This document shows positions 24,871-39,121 of a stretch of DNA of 64,000 bases, in pieces. This DNA is from Kondoa subrosea (taxonomy: Eukaryota), in assembly GCA_039545335.1 (NCBI GenBank), contig BCIN01000002.1:2572678-2636677 (forward strand). Reading direction: 5' to 3'. How positions within the stretch are numbered: position 1 is the stretch's first letter; each line of letters opens with the position of its first letter. The translations under genes were made by a program, and so were the position numbers. The notes beneath the pieces were generated by a model that had not been told where the DNA came from, did not search any database, and worked only from the letters and a program-made list of their open reading frames with translations.

Positions 24871-25229
24871 TGTTTGCTTTCGATATCTTGGTCAGGTTGC
24901 TCTCAAACCAAGAAGCATGTAGGAAGCTGGAGTCGTATACCTTCAGAGCAATACCTGGGCTAATGACGGTATGGTGCAAGAAAGGCAGTGCTTCGGGACA
25001 ACAGAGACGAGCCAGTGATGGAAAAGGAGTGAAGCTCTCAGGCATGAATTTTGGGTCAACAATTGGTGAATGGGTGAAGCACATTACAAAGAATATCAGC
25101 ACTCTCATTTCATTCATTATGTGTGTGAACTAAAGCGTCCGTTCCGCGCAATGCTTTGCAAACAGCATTGCATTCAAACTCTTCCAAAACCGCCTACTTG
25201 CAAGACACTCTCCATGCATAGCCAACATG

Positions 25230-26371
25230 TCAGAAACCAGGTTCGTTCCAACGAGAAGTACCATCGAGCGTGCTTGGTGCAAATTTCCAAGATCTTCTGT
25301 ATGGCCATGAAGCGATATATTGACCAATGAAGGAGACTGGAGCTGGGAATCCGGCTGCAACCAAATCAGTCACGTCAACACATAGTCCCTTAGTAGAACA
25401 TACGAAACCTGCAAGCAAAAAGCCTTTCTTCAGCTTCATTTCGAGACCAAATAGATTACTCACCAAGGAGCGCGAGGGTCGCGAGCGCCCAGAACGTATG
25501 GCAGATCTACCGAGAAGCTGACATGGGCTTTTGCCGCATTCTCGAGACCTTCATAGATCTCTTTCAGTTCTTCAGCTTCGAAGTTTGCGCGTAACTTGTC
25601 AGCATCAAGCGGTTTGATCTCCTGCGGACGAATGTAAGGCTCATCATCGATGATAATGAATGACAAGACTCACGTCACACAAATGTGGATAAAGACGATC
25701 TCCGATATAGTTGAGCCTGTCAAGAAGCTGAACGCGATCAAACTTTGCTTCTCCCTTTTCAATCTGTTGCAAGAGCTTTTGCAATTCGGTCAAGTCGCCC
25801 AAGAATTGCGCGTGCTGTTCGAGATTTGTTGCTACTGAATCGTGACCCATCTTTTTCTCCAACGCCGGGAAGTAATGAATCTAGTACGTGATTAGTAACT
25901 GTTTCAAGTGAACAGCTTGGAACTCAAGTACCTCTTCTAATTCATGATGAGTGTGTCTGAAAACGCCTTTGTCAGCTGTTAATTAAGTATGCATAAAGGA
26001 ACGCACATCATGTTCGTAGCCACTTGCATGTAATGAATGAAGTCAGGGATTTCCTTTGGAAGATATTGAGCCAAGAACACGAGCAGATTCACGAGAAAAG
26101 ACACACCTCATCCTTGATATCAGGAAGTTGCTTTGCAATAGCCTGAAAGCAGTAGATGACTGAATCAATAAGACGATAACATGCTTCGAATGTCTCTCAC
26201 ATTCAAAGGTCGGAGGAGTGTGTTGTGAGCTGCAGACATCGTTCTATAGTGTCGAATCAGCCTCCTGAGAAGAGCTGGTAAAAGCAAGAGGAAGTACATA
26301 GCCTGAAGCTCAAAAACATCGGCGCCAGATACATCTTTACGTAGCGGTAGCAGTTCATACGGCGCAGGCAT
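25230..26371 (-). CDS. Hemerythrin-like (HHE cation-binding) protein
   Basis: MSAAHNTLLRPLN, HTHHELEE..YFPALE, NLEQHAQF, LYPHLCDEI and C-terminal WKFAP. Confidence 0.88.
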
Positions 26372-26836
26372 ATTGAATCAAGTTGTTGGATCAAGTTAAG
26401 AGGTGGAAGTACAAGACCAAGCACGGATTCAGTCGGTAGCCTGAGCAACCAGACGAGTCCACGCAGCCACGCTTCACTCTCGTAGATAGAATTCGAAGGA
26501 ATACCGGGAGTACGTCCTTTGCGTGGAATAGGAGTAGTATAGTGACGAAGGAGAACACTGATCACGGCACAATTCAAGACCAATAATCAGCAATTGGTAA
26601 GGGTTTCTCGAAAATAGGAAATCGTCAAGGTTGTTTTCAAACGAAGACCCAGCTACGCGAAAAAGAGATCACATCAAGCTCAAAACAGATACCTAGCCTT
26701 AGTGATATCGCAGCAGCTTGGGATAAAAGATCACTTCAAGTCAGAGCAGAGATTGCGGAAGGTTGTGGAAAACGCGGGGAAGCCATTTGAATGACAAGCA
26801 AGGGATCAAGAGTATTAGTCTCGATAGCCTAGCAAG

Positions 26837-28251
26837 ATGGGAACATTTCCAGTCGAACTGCTCTCCGAAATCTTCCAAAACTTGAGGCAACTCCCAGAAT
26901 CTAGTGGGGATCTGTTAAAAGTCATGCTTGCTTCCAGTGCGTCAATTCATTTGTGTCGTTTGTCTTACTAAATAGCTCGCAGAAAGCTTCTGTGAGCCAA
27001 GGCGCCGCAAGGAAGACTTGAATCTCATCCGTATTCAATACAGATGAATTGGGTTTACCCTACCTATATTCACGTCTATATGCCGATCATCTACAGCAAA
27101 TGAGCTTATTGCGAGCATTTCGATCCAACAATATGCTTGGCTGCCTGGTCAAAAGTGTGCAATGGGACATCAAGCTTCAAATGACTTATCCCAAACACGA
27201 CCGAAATGTCAATTTTGAACAAGAGCTGCACGTAGCCAAGAGGCGCCTCGCTGAGCATAACTTTTGGGCAACGGAGATTCTTCGCTGTTGTCCGCAAATC
27301 TCGCATTTGGATATCGAGCTACATAATGAAACCGCCGCTGAATACGGAAGATTAGTCTCTAGAAATGAATGGCTTCAAATCCCTTCTCTAGCCAAACTAG
27401 TAGCCCTGCCTTTCGTTTCATCTATACGACAATTACGAATAACTTCGGAAGAGGACTGGACTGAAGCTGGATGCGAAGACTTGATATCCTGGATGTGCTC
27501 AATGCATAACCTGGAATCATTGAAGCTGGTCAACATTCCTTTGGCAAAACATGCAGGTCTTACAGGTCTGGACATCACCTTTCCTCTGAAGCACTTATCC
27601 TACATTGTCAATGGTTATAGCACCTACAATCCCTCTACCGTAGATGAGGACCTACTATCGCTGTTGGAATCCACAAAGCGTTGGCTGAAAAGTCTTAGTC
27701 TCACCTTTGATACAACAGGGGTCCCAAATTATCTTCCCTACGCAGATTTCTTTCACTCTCTTGAGAAAGTCGAACTGTCATCACTGGCAACAAGCGTATC
27801 CTGCGTCTCCTCTATTCTCGGACACCTACACGCTTGCAAACATCTTAGCCTAGACTGGGCCGAAGATAACGATTTGACAATTCTGTGCAAACAATTGGAA
27901 CAGGCTTTGACAAATCATGCCGATATAACAACCCGGCTTTCTTTCCTGTCCATCTCTTTATTCACTAGCAATGCGTTCTCACTCTCTCCTGAAATATTCG
28001 CCTATATCTTTGATCCAATTCTTTTCCCTAACCTTCGCGCTTTTCATTTCAAAATCGGTTGCGATCTCACTGAAGTACTCAATCTTCATCAATCTGTTGA
28101 AACGCTATTCCCGAATCAGTCTTTGAACACAGGAGATGTTCAGCTCCGGGGTGAGTATGTTTGTACCTACACAGGGATACGATATTTGGTGTCGAGTCAG
28201 GCGAATGGAGTAGGTCTGATATGGGCGGAAGATTCGGGTCCTGGAGCATGA
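26837..28251 (+). CDS. F-box / LRR-like hypothetical protein
   Basis: N-terminus FPVELLSEIFQNL..LLKVMLASKSFYELGLPYLY (F-box-like); LRR-like LESLKL, LKHLSY, LKSLSL, LEKVEL. The 3' end is uncertain. Confidence 0.7.
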
Positions 28252-28809
28252 GATACAGTCCCGGAGTGACTAGCATTGAAAGGTTCGGGGCTGATAGAAG
28301 TGCAAGCGTGGTTCGTGAGCATGTGAGTATTTCAATCACAAAATCGATTCTAAGGGCTGAAGTACGATACTAGGTTATCAACTTGTTCTGCATGCCGCTG
28401 TTGGATTAGCGCCGGAGTAGACAAGCTCGGATGAATGTTTCATCGCGCATTCGTGCACAGCTGTTGGCAGTGCTGCTATTTAAGGCATACCATAACAATT
28501 CAGCTGCCAATGTTGGTTTGATGGGCAGGCACTGCAATAACTATGATTATTATTCATCCGTCCGTCCGAACTTAGCCCACACTTCTCGTGCCGAAACGCG
28601 AATTGTTGCTCTCAAACTGCCGTTGAGCGAGTCTGTTATTTCTTCAAATTCAGACTCACTAACTCTTCTCTTGTTCACGACCTACGACTCGTGCTTCTTA
28701 TTGCTTACTGTATAACACAACCCAGTCTAAATTGAGCTTTGGCCTACTTTCGTGCTTGGCCGACTCCTTTGATTCCTTCGTTTTTCTTCTACACACTACT
28801 ACTACAACC

Positions 28810-31595
28810 ATGTCTACGCGAATTCTACTGGCAGCAGTCGCCCTAGGAGCACAAGTAGCAACAGCTCAAGTTGCTAATGCCGCGGTCAATCAGTTTACAA
28901 TTGGTTCGTTTCACATTCTCTTGATACGCGCGGAGACACTGCTAACCCACGCTACACTACAGTCGGATCATCGGGCATTGCATCCCAGCAAAGTCAGTCA
29001 CCCTTTGATCAGAAAACGGTACAGGAATTCATGCGTTTCATTTGCAGTGTTTTTGGCCGACCCAAAGAAAGTCGTTAGTGAGTGCTGTCATATGTTCCTC
29101 TTTAGATCAGTGCTGATGTACCCTTGTAGTCGTTGATAGTCAGTAGTCCACAGCAAAGCATTGGTCAAGGCTAAACGATGTTTTTTTACATAGAAACGGA
29201 ACCTAACGGCAACAACCTGGATATCGGCGGTCACCCTGCTTACTCAGTAGAATGGGACGTCGACACATATCAACCTAGACCATTAGACACTATCACCAAC
29301 GCGTTTTGTGCTGGAGGAGCAGTACTAGGAAACGGCGTATGCTCCGTCTCTTCTGCGTCTCTTCCCGATGCTGAGTGTCTCACTAGACATGGCTGAATAC
29401 CGGTGGTAACTCAAGAGTAGGGCCGGGAGGTCTTCCACCTGTGAGTTGCATAAGGAGATGGTTTGAATTGGATCTCAAAGAATGAGGGAATGACAGGGTC
29501 CAACCATGCCGGATGTGGAACTGTATGAATCTCAAGCTGGTGGTCGATCAGTCAGATTCATGGAACCTTGCCTCGGCAACGATACATGTTCATGGGTTGA
29601 AGCACCGAATTATATGACTACCGCTAGATGGTACCCTTCTCTTGAAACGCTGCAGGATGTGAGTGGCCTATGGCTCTGCTGTGAATGAGCTTATGTTGTC
29701 GTTAGGGATCTGCCATACTCGTCGGAGGTTGTCTTTATGGAGGGTACTTGAAGAGCGATCTAGCTTGTGCTGTGCTGATTTCTTGGTTTGCCTCTCAGCT
29801 ATGTCAACGAAGCGTCGCAAGCAAATCCCACCATCGAATTTTTACCACCCAAAGGCGATGCTCAGCCAATTGGTCTCAACTTCCTTCTCCGATCTCTTCC
29901 CGCCAACCTTTACACTTTGACATGGCTCCTTCCTTCTGGCAACCTCTTCATGCAAGCTACTTATGCCACTTCCATCTATGATTGGCAAAACAACGTCAGT
30001 GCGATGAATCAGAGTGAAGTTTTGCTCATACCCCTGTAATCGAATAGGTCGAACACCCTTTGCCCGACATACCAGACGGTGTCAAGACTTACCCTTCTTC
30101 GTAAGTCATTGGCTCTATGCGATCTTATGAAACTAATACTCGCTGCAGAGGCGCAACCGCTATGCTGCCTCTTCGACCGGAAAACAACTATCAAGCAACC
30201 ATGCTCCTTTGCGGCGGCAACGATCTGAAACCTGATCAGTGAGCGAGATGATAGTTGTTTGCAACTTGTATAGCTCACAACTAGTCTCGCTTACAGATTC
30301 GTTGCTACTTGGAACATTGCTGCTTACCCAACTATCAAGACTTGCACTACCATGACTCCTGATGTCAACACTACATGGGGATACGATGATGATGCACCAC
30401 AAGGTAGAACAATGGGCCAATTCACTATTCTGCCCAACGGAATGCTCTTCATGTGCAACGGAGGCGCCAAAGGAACAGCTGCGTAGGTCGGATGACATGC
30501 GCTATCGGTAAAACTCTGATGGGCTGTCTGCTGCCTACAGCTACGGAAACACCACATGGGCTATCGGACAGTCTTTCGCCGATGACCCAGTCTTGACTCC
30601 TGCTCTTTACAACCCTCGTGCACCAGCTGGATCTAGATGGTCTACCGAAGGTCTTGGTGCATCAGTCGTACCACGTCTTTATCACTCTGTAGCCCTCCTC
30701 ATGGCTGACGGAGCTGTCATGGTTTCTGGTTCCAACCCTGCTTCTGACTATATCCCTGAAGGCTTTGTTGAGAACGGTGTTACGTACAAATACCACACCG
30801 AGTACAGGACTGAAATGTTCTACCCATCTGTAAGCTAAGTTTCAGCTTTGTTCGTGCAACTGGTGTTTAAAGGCTTGCTTACAGTACTACAACGAACGTC
30901 GACCTGCGCCTCAAGGTCTTCCTGGATCTCTCAGCTATGGTGGGGCTTCCTTCGACGTCACTCTCTCCTCGGACGACTTGGGCGGTTCATCCTCGAAATT
31001 GGCATTGACCGAAGTCGTTGTCATTCGACCCGGTTTCTCTACTCACGGTAGGTCTCTATCTTCTGAATGATAGACCAGTAGCTAAGAAGCTCTCGTAGGC
31101 ATGAACATGGGTATGCGATTTATTCAGCTCAACAACACCGCTTCTTGGGATGCAACATCAAACACTGGAACTCTTCACGTTTCTCAGCTGGTAAGCTTTG
31201 ATCTCTTCCTGGTGATACTGCATGCTCAAATTGCGTTTGTGTAGCCACCTAATGCAGCAGTCTTTCAACCTGGTCCAGCACTGCTTTTCGTTGTCGTTGA
31301 TGGTGTACCTTCTATTGGTGCGCAAGTAATGATTGGATCTGGACAGATTGAAACACAAGCAACATCACCTGTGAGTGTCCGTGCGAGGTGTATCAGAATA
31401 ACTCTGATATCTGGGGCGAACCACTCACAGAATGCTGACCTTCCACCTTCTACTGGTTTCGTGGCTGAAGCATCCAAGAGCACATCAAACTCTGCAGCAG
31501 CGGCAGCCCAACAAGGTAGTGACAGCAGTGCAAGCTCTGTAATGCTTTCAATGAGTGCTATGTTATTCGGAACGCTGGCGTTCTTGATATTCTGA
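28810..31595 (+). CDS. Secreted, probably GPI-anchored copper radical oxidase (AA5_1 glyoxal oxidase family)
   Basis: Signal peptide; catalytic motifs NAFCAGG, RWYPS, RLYHS, FSTHG; PGPALLFVVVDGVPS; Ser/Ala-rich tail with hydrophobic end. Confidence 0.93.
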
Positions 31596-31819
31596 GGAGA
31601 GATAAAGGAGAAGACGGACAATTCTATTGCATAGACATATTTATGTAACGATAACAAGCTCATAATGATAAGCCCCTTTTCTGTTCTGCCAAGTTGTGCA
31701 CATTCTTGTCTTTAAAGTGTCTCGACGAATTTCGACCACGTCAATCTCAAAGGGAATCGCGCAGCCGACGTGATGACTTCTTTCGAACAGCTATCGTCCT
31801 GAACAGCTGTGGAAACTGG

Positions 31820-33702
31820 ATGCAAGAGCAGCCCTTCCCTTTACAAACAACACCCAATATTGTTGATGCACAGCAAGAATTGCCTGCAAACCAAGAAAGC
31901 CAGGCTCTGGCAAGCTTGACCAGAAGCGGGTTCTCTGCCAGCTGTGACGATTTCAAGCTTCCTCACTCACCTGCTCAGAGTTCTGCCTCACTATCCCCTA
32001 ACATGGATTCAATGTGGGAACATCCTATACCTTACCCAGCTAGACGGAACACACCTTCATACCCTGGTTCGAGAAGACCTAGTATGCTCAATAGTGCAAT
32101 GACCCTAGACACAACTGGCGATTTTGCCGAAGACAATGTCATGGATAGTCCTTTTGAAGAAGATACACCTCCTCCGCCTCCACAAGCTAGCATAGCTACT
32201 TCTACTCCTGCTCGGTCTGTTAACTTGCTATCGAGCTGGCCGAGATCAAACGCCTTCACTCAAAATGAACCTATAGCTGGACCATCTTCTTTCATGCGTC
32301 CGCCCGCCTCAAAACCTTCTTTCAATCCTCTCAATCCACTAGGCTTCAGATCGAATGAACAGAAAGCTGAAACCTTTGCATCTATATCACAAGACAGTGT
32401 TTCTCCCTCTCGACCGGATTTCTTGCAACGAGCGAAATCATCACCTGCTTTAGGCGCTTTGCCGGAAACACCACCTTCACATCGATTTAACAGTATAATG
32501 AACGATCAAAGTCAAACGTTCGATGGCTTGGGTGTCAGTTTACCTACACAAGACGGGGAACAAGTTTCTTCTCCGCCCAACAAAGGACCGGTTAGAAGAG
32601 CGGTAGCTCGCAGAGGATCTCTATTTGTAAGTCTGCATCAATGGATTCCACTTTGGAATGTGCGTTGAGGTAATGATTTACAGCCTAAAGTCAAGGCTTA
32701 CCTTCGAGTAGCCGCATCCTTGCAAGATGAATCTTCACCTCATCCAGACGTGGATGAAATTTCTTCTGAAGCAGCGTTACACAAATTAGCTTCCTCTCGA
32801 CCTTTCTCCGATTTCGCCAAACTCAAAGGTTTCTCATCAACTTCTGCAATAAGAAGCGATTCCAATTTCAAATCCTCTACTTCCTCTTCTAATTCTTCTA
32901 GTGCCGGAACGAGTATCAAGAATAGATTTCCAGAGACCGCGTTGACTGAGGATGAAGAATTTTCCATGGCAAGACATAGTTCTTCAGATTCAGATGAAGC
33001 GGATATAAGCGAATCAAATGCGGGAGATTTGGAACTAGATTTTGGCGCCGGCAATAGATTAGGTATGAGTGGTGCAAATACGAGTGGGGATTCAGAAAGT
33101 TGGAAAAAGGAGAAGGAAATTTGGGGCACTATAAGAGAACATCGAGGTTCACCAGGAAGTGTCGGAGGATTTGGGAGTCGGTATGCTGCTGCTTCTCTCG
33201 GTGGTGTTGCTGCTGGAGGCGGAATGGAACTCGATTCACCTGCAAGCAATGCAAGACCAGGTAAAAGAAAAGCGATGGATTCGTTCGATAATCGATATGA
33301 ATATCAAACGTGAGTTTATCCACTTCTCTGACTGCTCACGTCTGACAGAATCCGGACAATGCTCACAGCTTCAAGCGTCGTGCTGTGTCGCCATCGAGTA
33401 CATTAGGCTCGCCGGTACTTGCCCAAGATCCGACAATGGTCTCCAATCCTCATCCGCATCCAACTTCGATCGCTATACCTCCACCTGCCAATCCTCAGTC
33501 CTTCTTTGCATCACTAAATAACAGCAGTCGAGCTTCTTCACCCATTCATTCAACAGGCAGCAAAAGCTCTAGCTACAACCTGTGTTCTTCGAATTCAAAT
33601 GCCGTAGGAATGCAGCTGGGCAATATACTGTCGCACCGGAGCTCGACTGGCATAGGTATGGATGAAGAAGATTTGGCTCCTTTGGATCAGATGAAGCTAT
33701 AG
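31820..33702 (+). CDS. Conserved fungal uncharacterised low-complexity protein
   Basis: Islands VRRAVARRGSLFPKVKAYLRVAASLQDESSP and KRKAMDSFDNRYE..FKRRAVSPS in a Ser/Pro-rich sequence; two introns. Confidence 0.7.
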
Positions 33703-33790
33703 ACGAAGGATCATGCTGTGATGCTCTGTATATGATTTTGCTTATCAGTGGGGATATGTACATATGTAAAACAACAATAGCATGCATGCA

Positions 33791-36700
33791 TCATCTAGAA
33801 TTGTCCGCATCAAAAATCAATTGCGAGCCATGCCGATTCCCGCTTTTCGATTGCCTGCAAGGACTAGACTGACCAGAACGGCTCATCTTTCCTGTGAAGA
33901 GGTTCTCTAGCCATGCTCGAGCTTCTTCCATTACATCTAGCAGTTCTTCGCTTGTCACCGTCGTTTCTTGAGCATGTTCTCTTCGTTCGTGAATTATAAC
34001 TTCCTTCAGCAGATCTTTTATTGTGAGCAGTCCAACGAGATGACCATACTCTTCGACCCAGATGACTCTCGGTCTGTGAGACGTTGGCTCGGATGAATAC
34101 GAAAATCGGTATCGACAAAGCAATCACTGACCCCATTGTCTTGAAAAGCTGCATCACAATATCAAGAGGTTGCCTTGGTGATGTCGCGAGAGGTGTCTGC
34201 AAGTTTTAATCAGCTTGTGCTCTTCAGCAGACGAATTAAACCTACTGTGTTTACCCAAGAGGACAGATCTACATAGTCCTCATGCATAGATGATCGTTGT
34301 GCTTCCGCATCATCAACATTCGAGAAGATACAAAGTGCGTGTGGAGGTATTATTCGTGACTCGCCAATGTGTGCTGATTGCAAGTCAGTTTGGCAATAAT
34401 GAAGAAGCTGAAGTAAACCCAACCTAAAGCATTCTCTATTTCATCTCGACCAATCGAACCGAGTAATAGAGGATTCTCTTCGCTTTCAATGATTGGGAAG
34501 CCTCGATAATCATGGTTAAAGAGTATTTTCTCTGCGCAATACCGTTATTCAGGAATCGATATGATGCTGACTACTACTGCCTTACCGAGTTCGCCAATAG
34601 TGAGTCCGCGAGCTGGTAATCTGACTATATGTGTCTTCATCACTTCCGATACTGAGTACCACCTCAGTACTAGGTTGGACTGTTATGAGAGATCTCACCT
34701 AGAATATTCAGTGTGGTTTCTTCTTTCTCCAAACATGGGTAGCCATTGAAGCGCATTGCTTGATCCGCGATACCTCCTTTGCCAAAAGCGTCGCTCACTG
34801 CCTTTGTGACCATGACGGTAATCTAAGCACAGAGTGAGCGATATCTGAACGCGTTCGCTTGATAGCTTACCATAGTAGGCAGAATGTATGTTAGAGCTCC
34901 TGTAAGTTCAAACATGATGACTACCACAGTTACTGTTATTCGCATGATACCGCTATTCAGAGCTGTAACTGAGCGCCAATAGAAACAGTAAAGTAGGTAG
35001 CTCACGACAAAGCTGCAGCAGCACCCAAGAACGCGTATGTGCCAGGTGTAATGCAAGGGCGTTCTGGATCACAAGCGGCGAAGAGCGCAGCGTGTGGATA
35101 TGCTCTGGCTTTCATCTTAAGCTTTTATACTAGTCAGAGGAGGAATGAGGCTCACCTGTAGGCAGCTTTGACCAGAATGCCGACCATTCGACCGAATGTT
35201 GCTCCGACAGCCATGGACGGTACAAAGATACCAGCAGGTACTTTGCAGCCATAAGATACGATGACCAGCAAAGTACGAATGACGGTAGCTAGCAGCAAAG
35301 AATTGACCATCCTCCATTGTGCCCAAGACCTGTGCGTAACGAAACAAAGCCGGATGAGAAAGACTCAATTCCGGTTATGTCAAACGCACTGGCATAAATC
35401 ATCATAATCCCCTCCACCTTCGCATTCTCGGAACAAGATATCCAGAGACTCAGTCATGTCTATTCTCAGGAACTTGTTGAAGTAGCCAATGAAAGCGGTC
35501 AGACCAGCAAGAATGATGGCTTCGTAAATCCCGTAAGCTGCTAGGTGTTTCCGACGGAAAGCTTGAACTTGGAAATTGAACTTGATGACGAAAGCTCCGT
35601 ACAAACCCTATTTCTATGGTATCAGCAAATGTTTGAATTGGAGGAATCGATAACTAACGCCAAAAATACCAATCAAAACGAAGAAACCGATCTCGAAGAA
35701 ATGCCAGTCTCGATCGTACGAGACTTGAAACAAGACGAGTTTACCAGTGCGAAAAGGATTCATTGCCTGTGTAGCGTACACTCAGCATATGTCCAAATAC
35801 AAGGTCGAGCTGACGGACTGCTAGAGTTACGGTAGCCATTAAAGCACAGAAGAAACTTCTCCACATAGTCTTGATTGGAAAGGTGATTGCCATTTCCTAA
35901 AGCAAAATAGCATTTACATGAGTGAGTAGAACACAACTTCAGTACTTACCTCCAAGGCAAAGATGACACCGCCTATCGGAGATCCGAAAGCGACAGCAAC
36001 TCCAGCTGCCGAACTCGCTGTAACGAGATCGCGCATCTTGGCTGCATTCTAGTTAGGAGGGATCTGGTATGCTTAGAAAATGGAATTCACCTTGACTTCG
36101 TTCGAACCTACTGAAGAGTCTACCCACGACATTGCCAATACAGCAAGCCATATGTACAGAAGGACCTTCTTTTCCAACAGCCAGGCCAGAAGCAATAGCC
36201 AAAGGCTGTATAGCGTGAGCCCGAGTCTTGGGCGTGATCGATCTGCTTACCAAAGACAAACTCTTGATAGCTAATGTAGACATACCAAGGTAGCCTTTGA
36301 TCCAGAACCCAGCGAGGATGCATTTGACTTCGGATATACCTGATCCTGCTGCGAAAGGTGCGAAACCTTTGACGAGATATGCGGCCGATCCAGAGAATAG
36401 CAACTGCCCTTGCTTTATTAGACATTCCGCGCTGGTAAAGTGGTCTATCAGAACCTACAGCATAGAAAACGTATCCAAGCCAACGTAAACCAGCCCAAGA
36501 TGACCATATTATCCAATCCTGACAACCTTCTTCACCTCCGCCTGAACCTACTACACCACCTCGTTCTATTTCCCAACAACAGAACTTCTGGTTCAGCCAC
36601 CATCCAGCTGAACAGTATCCTAGCTTGAGATCTGATAGCCAAGCCGTAATGATTGATATCAGAGCTGCATTCACCCCGATTGCCGCGCCTGTAGTCTTGC

Positions 36701-37167
36701 TTTTCAGCCGTAGTCCAATGAGCGATAATTAGAGAAGATAGCTGACCAACTAATGCTAGCACAAAGTAACTCTGACCAGCAGTGACGAGAGCTTGAGTCC
36801 AATTGTAGATTGTAGACTTGCCATACCCAAGCGTCTGTTCTTCCCTTCTCCTCGCTCGTTCAAGTAACACATCTTGTACCCAATCTGCATACTTCCTAGT
36901 GTCAACCAGTGTGAGCTCTAAGCTGCCAATAGAATGGAACTTGCCTATAGTCACGAAATCATCAAACCTTCGCCAATCCTCTTTCGCTTGATTCAGATAC
37001 TCAGGCTCAGCTCCTCCTTCTCCATTTGAGCTCTCATAGTCATCCTCATAATCATCGTCATCCCGTTTATGTCCATTCGCATAAGATTTATGCGAATCAG
37101 AGTAATCTTGCAATGAGACTTCCGCCGCTGACAATCGCGAACTAGACGCGTTGGAATGGTATACCAT
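33791..37167 (-). CDS. GEF1: CLC-family chloride/proton exchanger with CBS domains
   Basis: [51 protein letters not shown] and C-terminal CBS (GLLTIKDLL). Confidence 0.95.
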
Positions 37168-37418
37168 GCTCTAAAAGCTGGGTATACAGCTAAAATCCTG
37201 CAACTATTCGTCTTTCGTTTACAAAAGAGCAAGGTTGATCTACAACATCGGATTTCGAAAGTAAGATCGTCAATGCAGACGCGTGTACATGATCGCTCTG
37301 TTAGCGAGATACTATTATACTGAGCTCTTCACTCGACTGGTGTTATCCTTCGCCAAGTCGTGCTTCGATATCTGCTAGTACTGTCCCCATTACTTAATCT
37401 GCTCTTTCTGGTGAATTT

Positions 37419-37797
37419 CTATGGCTGCCTTGCTGCAAAATCTTGCTGCTTGTGTTGACAGGTTGAGCCATAACTTCGATGAAAGCTTGATAAATCCTTC
37501 TCTGCAATGTTCAAATGACCTTGATGACCGGTAAAAGGGCAAAGAGGATGTTGGTCATTTGTAGTTTGAGCTTCTTCATCTTCATCGTATTCTATCTCGT
37601 AGCCGAACCATCGTTCTAGTAGTCTATACTTGAGCAGTATCGCAAGAAGTAGAGCAGAGCTGTTTGAAAAACAGATCAGTGTGGGTCTACAGTCGGAGAT
37701 ATTACTGCACTGACCTCAGAAAGATAAGTATAGGACAGAGTACCATGCCATTGCAATCTCTCATCGAGGCATCATTCTTTTCGCTCAAAGCAGGCAT
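37419..37797 (-). CDS. Small single-pass membrane protein (two exons; absent from ORF track)
   Basis: MPALSEKNDASMRDCNGMVLCPILIFLS, intron, SALLLAILLKYRLLERWFGYEIEYDEDEE..AARQP*. Confidence 0.5.
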
Positions 37798-38085
37798 TTC
37801 CAGTTTGTGTTGCTGAAATGTATTCAAGCTAGCTATGAGACCATGGCAGAGCTATGAGAGTGGAGATTTGCTGTGATTGGTCTGCGTTCTTGCGATGTGG
37901 ATTCCATACAGAAAAGGCGATGCGGTATGCGGTGTTCGACTGAGGGAGGGATAATCGCTCAATCTTGCCTATCTATACCAATGCACGGGCCGTCCGAGAA
38001 AACGCATAGACATTCAGTACATGTAAACACGAGATCACTTGCTGGCGATGTTTGCCGTATCAGCAAATTATGGTGTTTGATTTAT

Positions 38086-39121
38086 CTAAGCTGCGCTTGA
38101 TTTTGCTTCAGCTAGCGATCCGGCCATCTTGAGCCACTCGGTAGCTGATAGATTACCCTTCTTCCCCAAATAGCTTTCGATTTTAGTCTTCTTCCCACTT
38201 TCGTAAGCTGTAGAATATTGCTCGACTATCTTCCTGCTGAAACCTCCTTCTGTGCAAATGAAGTCTTCCCTTGACTGATTATCAGATAGTGGGCGTGTAT
38301 ATAGGGATAAGAAGGTTTGAGCTTTCCCGGCTGATTTGAGCAGATTTGGGTGAATAAAGAATCGATATGATCTGTCTAGATAGATAACGCGAGGGTCGGA
38401 AGAAGAGTATGTTTTAGCCGCTCTAGCTAAGTCGAGACCAATTCTCGGACTAGCATAAACTGTGGTTGAAGACGATGTCGAGCTGTTCATCGAGAGATAA
38501 AGATCATGCTTGCGCTCCGAAGGAAGAACGGAGACATCTCCGTCATACATTTCGACAAGTGAGCGTATGTTTGAAGCCTTATTGAAGGTGAGAACAGTAC
38601 TGCGGATTCAGATCAGCGATGTATCAAGGAAAAAAGAACAATACTTACTCGACCAGCTTCGAAGGACCGCAAATGATCTCTTCAGTATCCAGGTCTTGGA
38701 TACTCCGAATGAGTATACCGGCTCTAGCTGAACCATCACCGAAAGTGATGTCTAGACCTTTTCGAGTTCCTCCTCTATATCCTCCAGCTAAAGTAGTTGA
38801 GACTCTCAGATCTGACTCTTGATTACCTGACCGATGAAAGTAGAAGAGCCCAGAATGCGCTTGTATTGCTCGAGCATGACAGAACGGATCTGGGTGAGCT
38901 TCAGATAAATAGTATATCTCTATTTCCAGCAAGCGGAAGCGTCTTTGCGTGTCGTGCGCTTTCATTACGAGTTCAATATTGTTTAGAAGACTAGAAGCGA
39001 GCGTCCAGAAGTATGCTTGCAGCTGATCTTCAGTTACACTGTTTGGCACTTTAAGCAATTCTTCAACCGAATTTGACTCTTCCATCTTGCGCTTCTTGCT
39101 GAAATACGGCGATGAGTCCAT
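38086..39121 (-). CDS. Methylpurine-DNA glycosylase (MPG/AAG)-fold protein
   Basis: RLLEIEIY..HPDPFCH, LDITFG..GILIRSI..ICGPSKLV and YASPRIGL recall the AAG motifs IVETEAY..D..CH, LNIS..GVLLRA..LCNGPSKL, RIGI; one intron. Confidence 0.7.

Noticed and set aside
32740..33249. Long antisense ORFs (also 47814-48761, 50406-50873, 54548-54928)
   Set aside because: Shadow frames of Ser/Pro-rich coding exons on the opposite strand.
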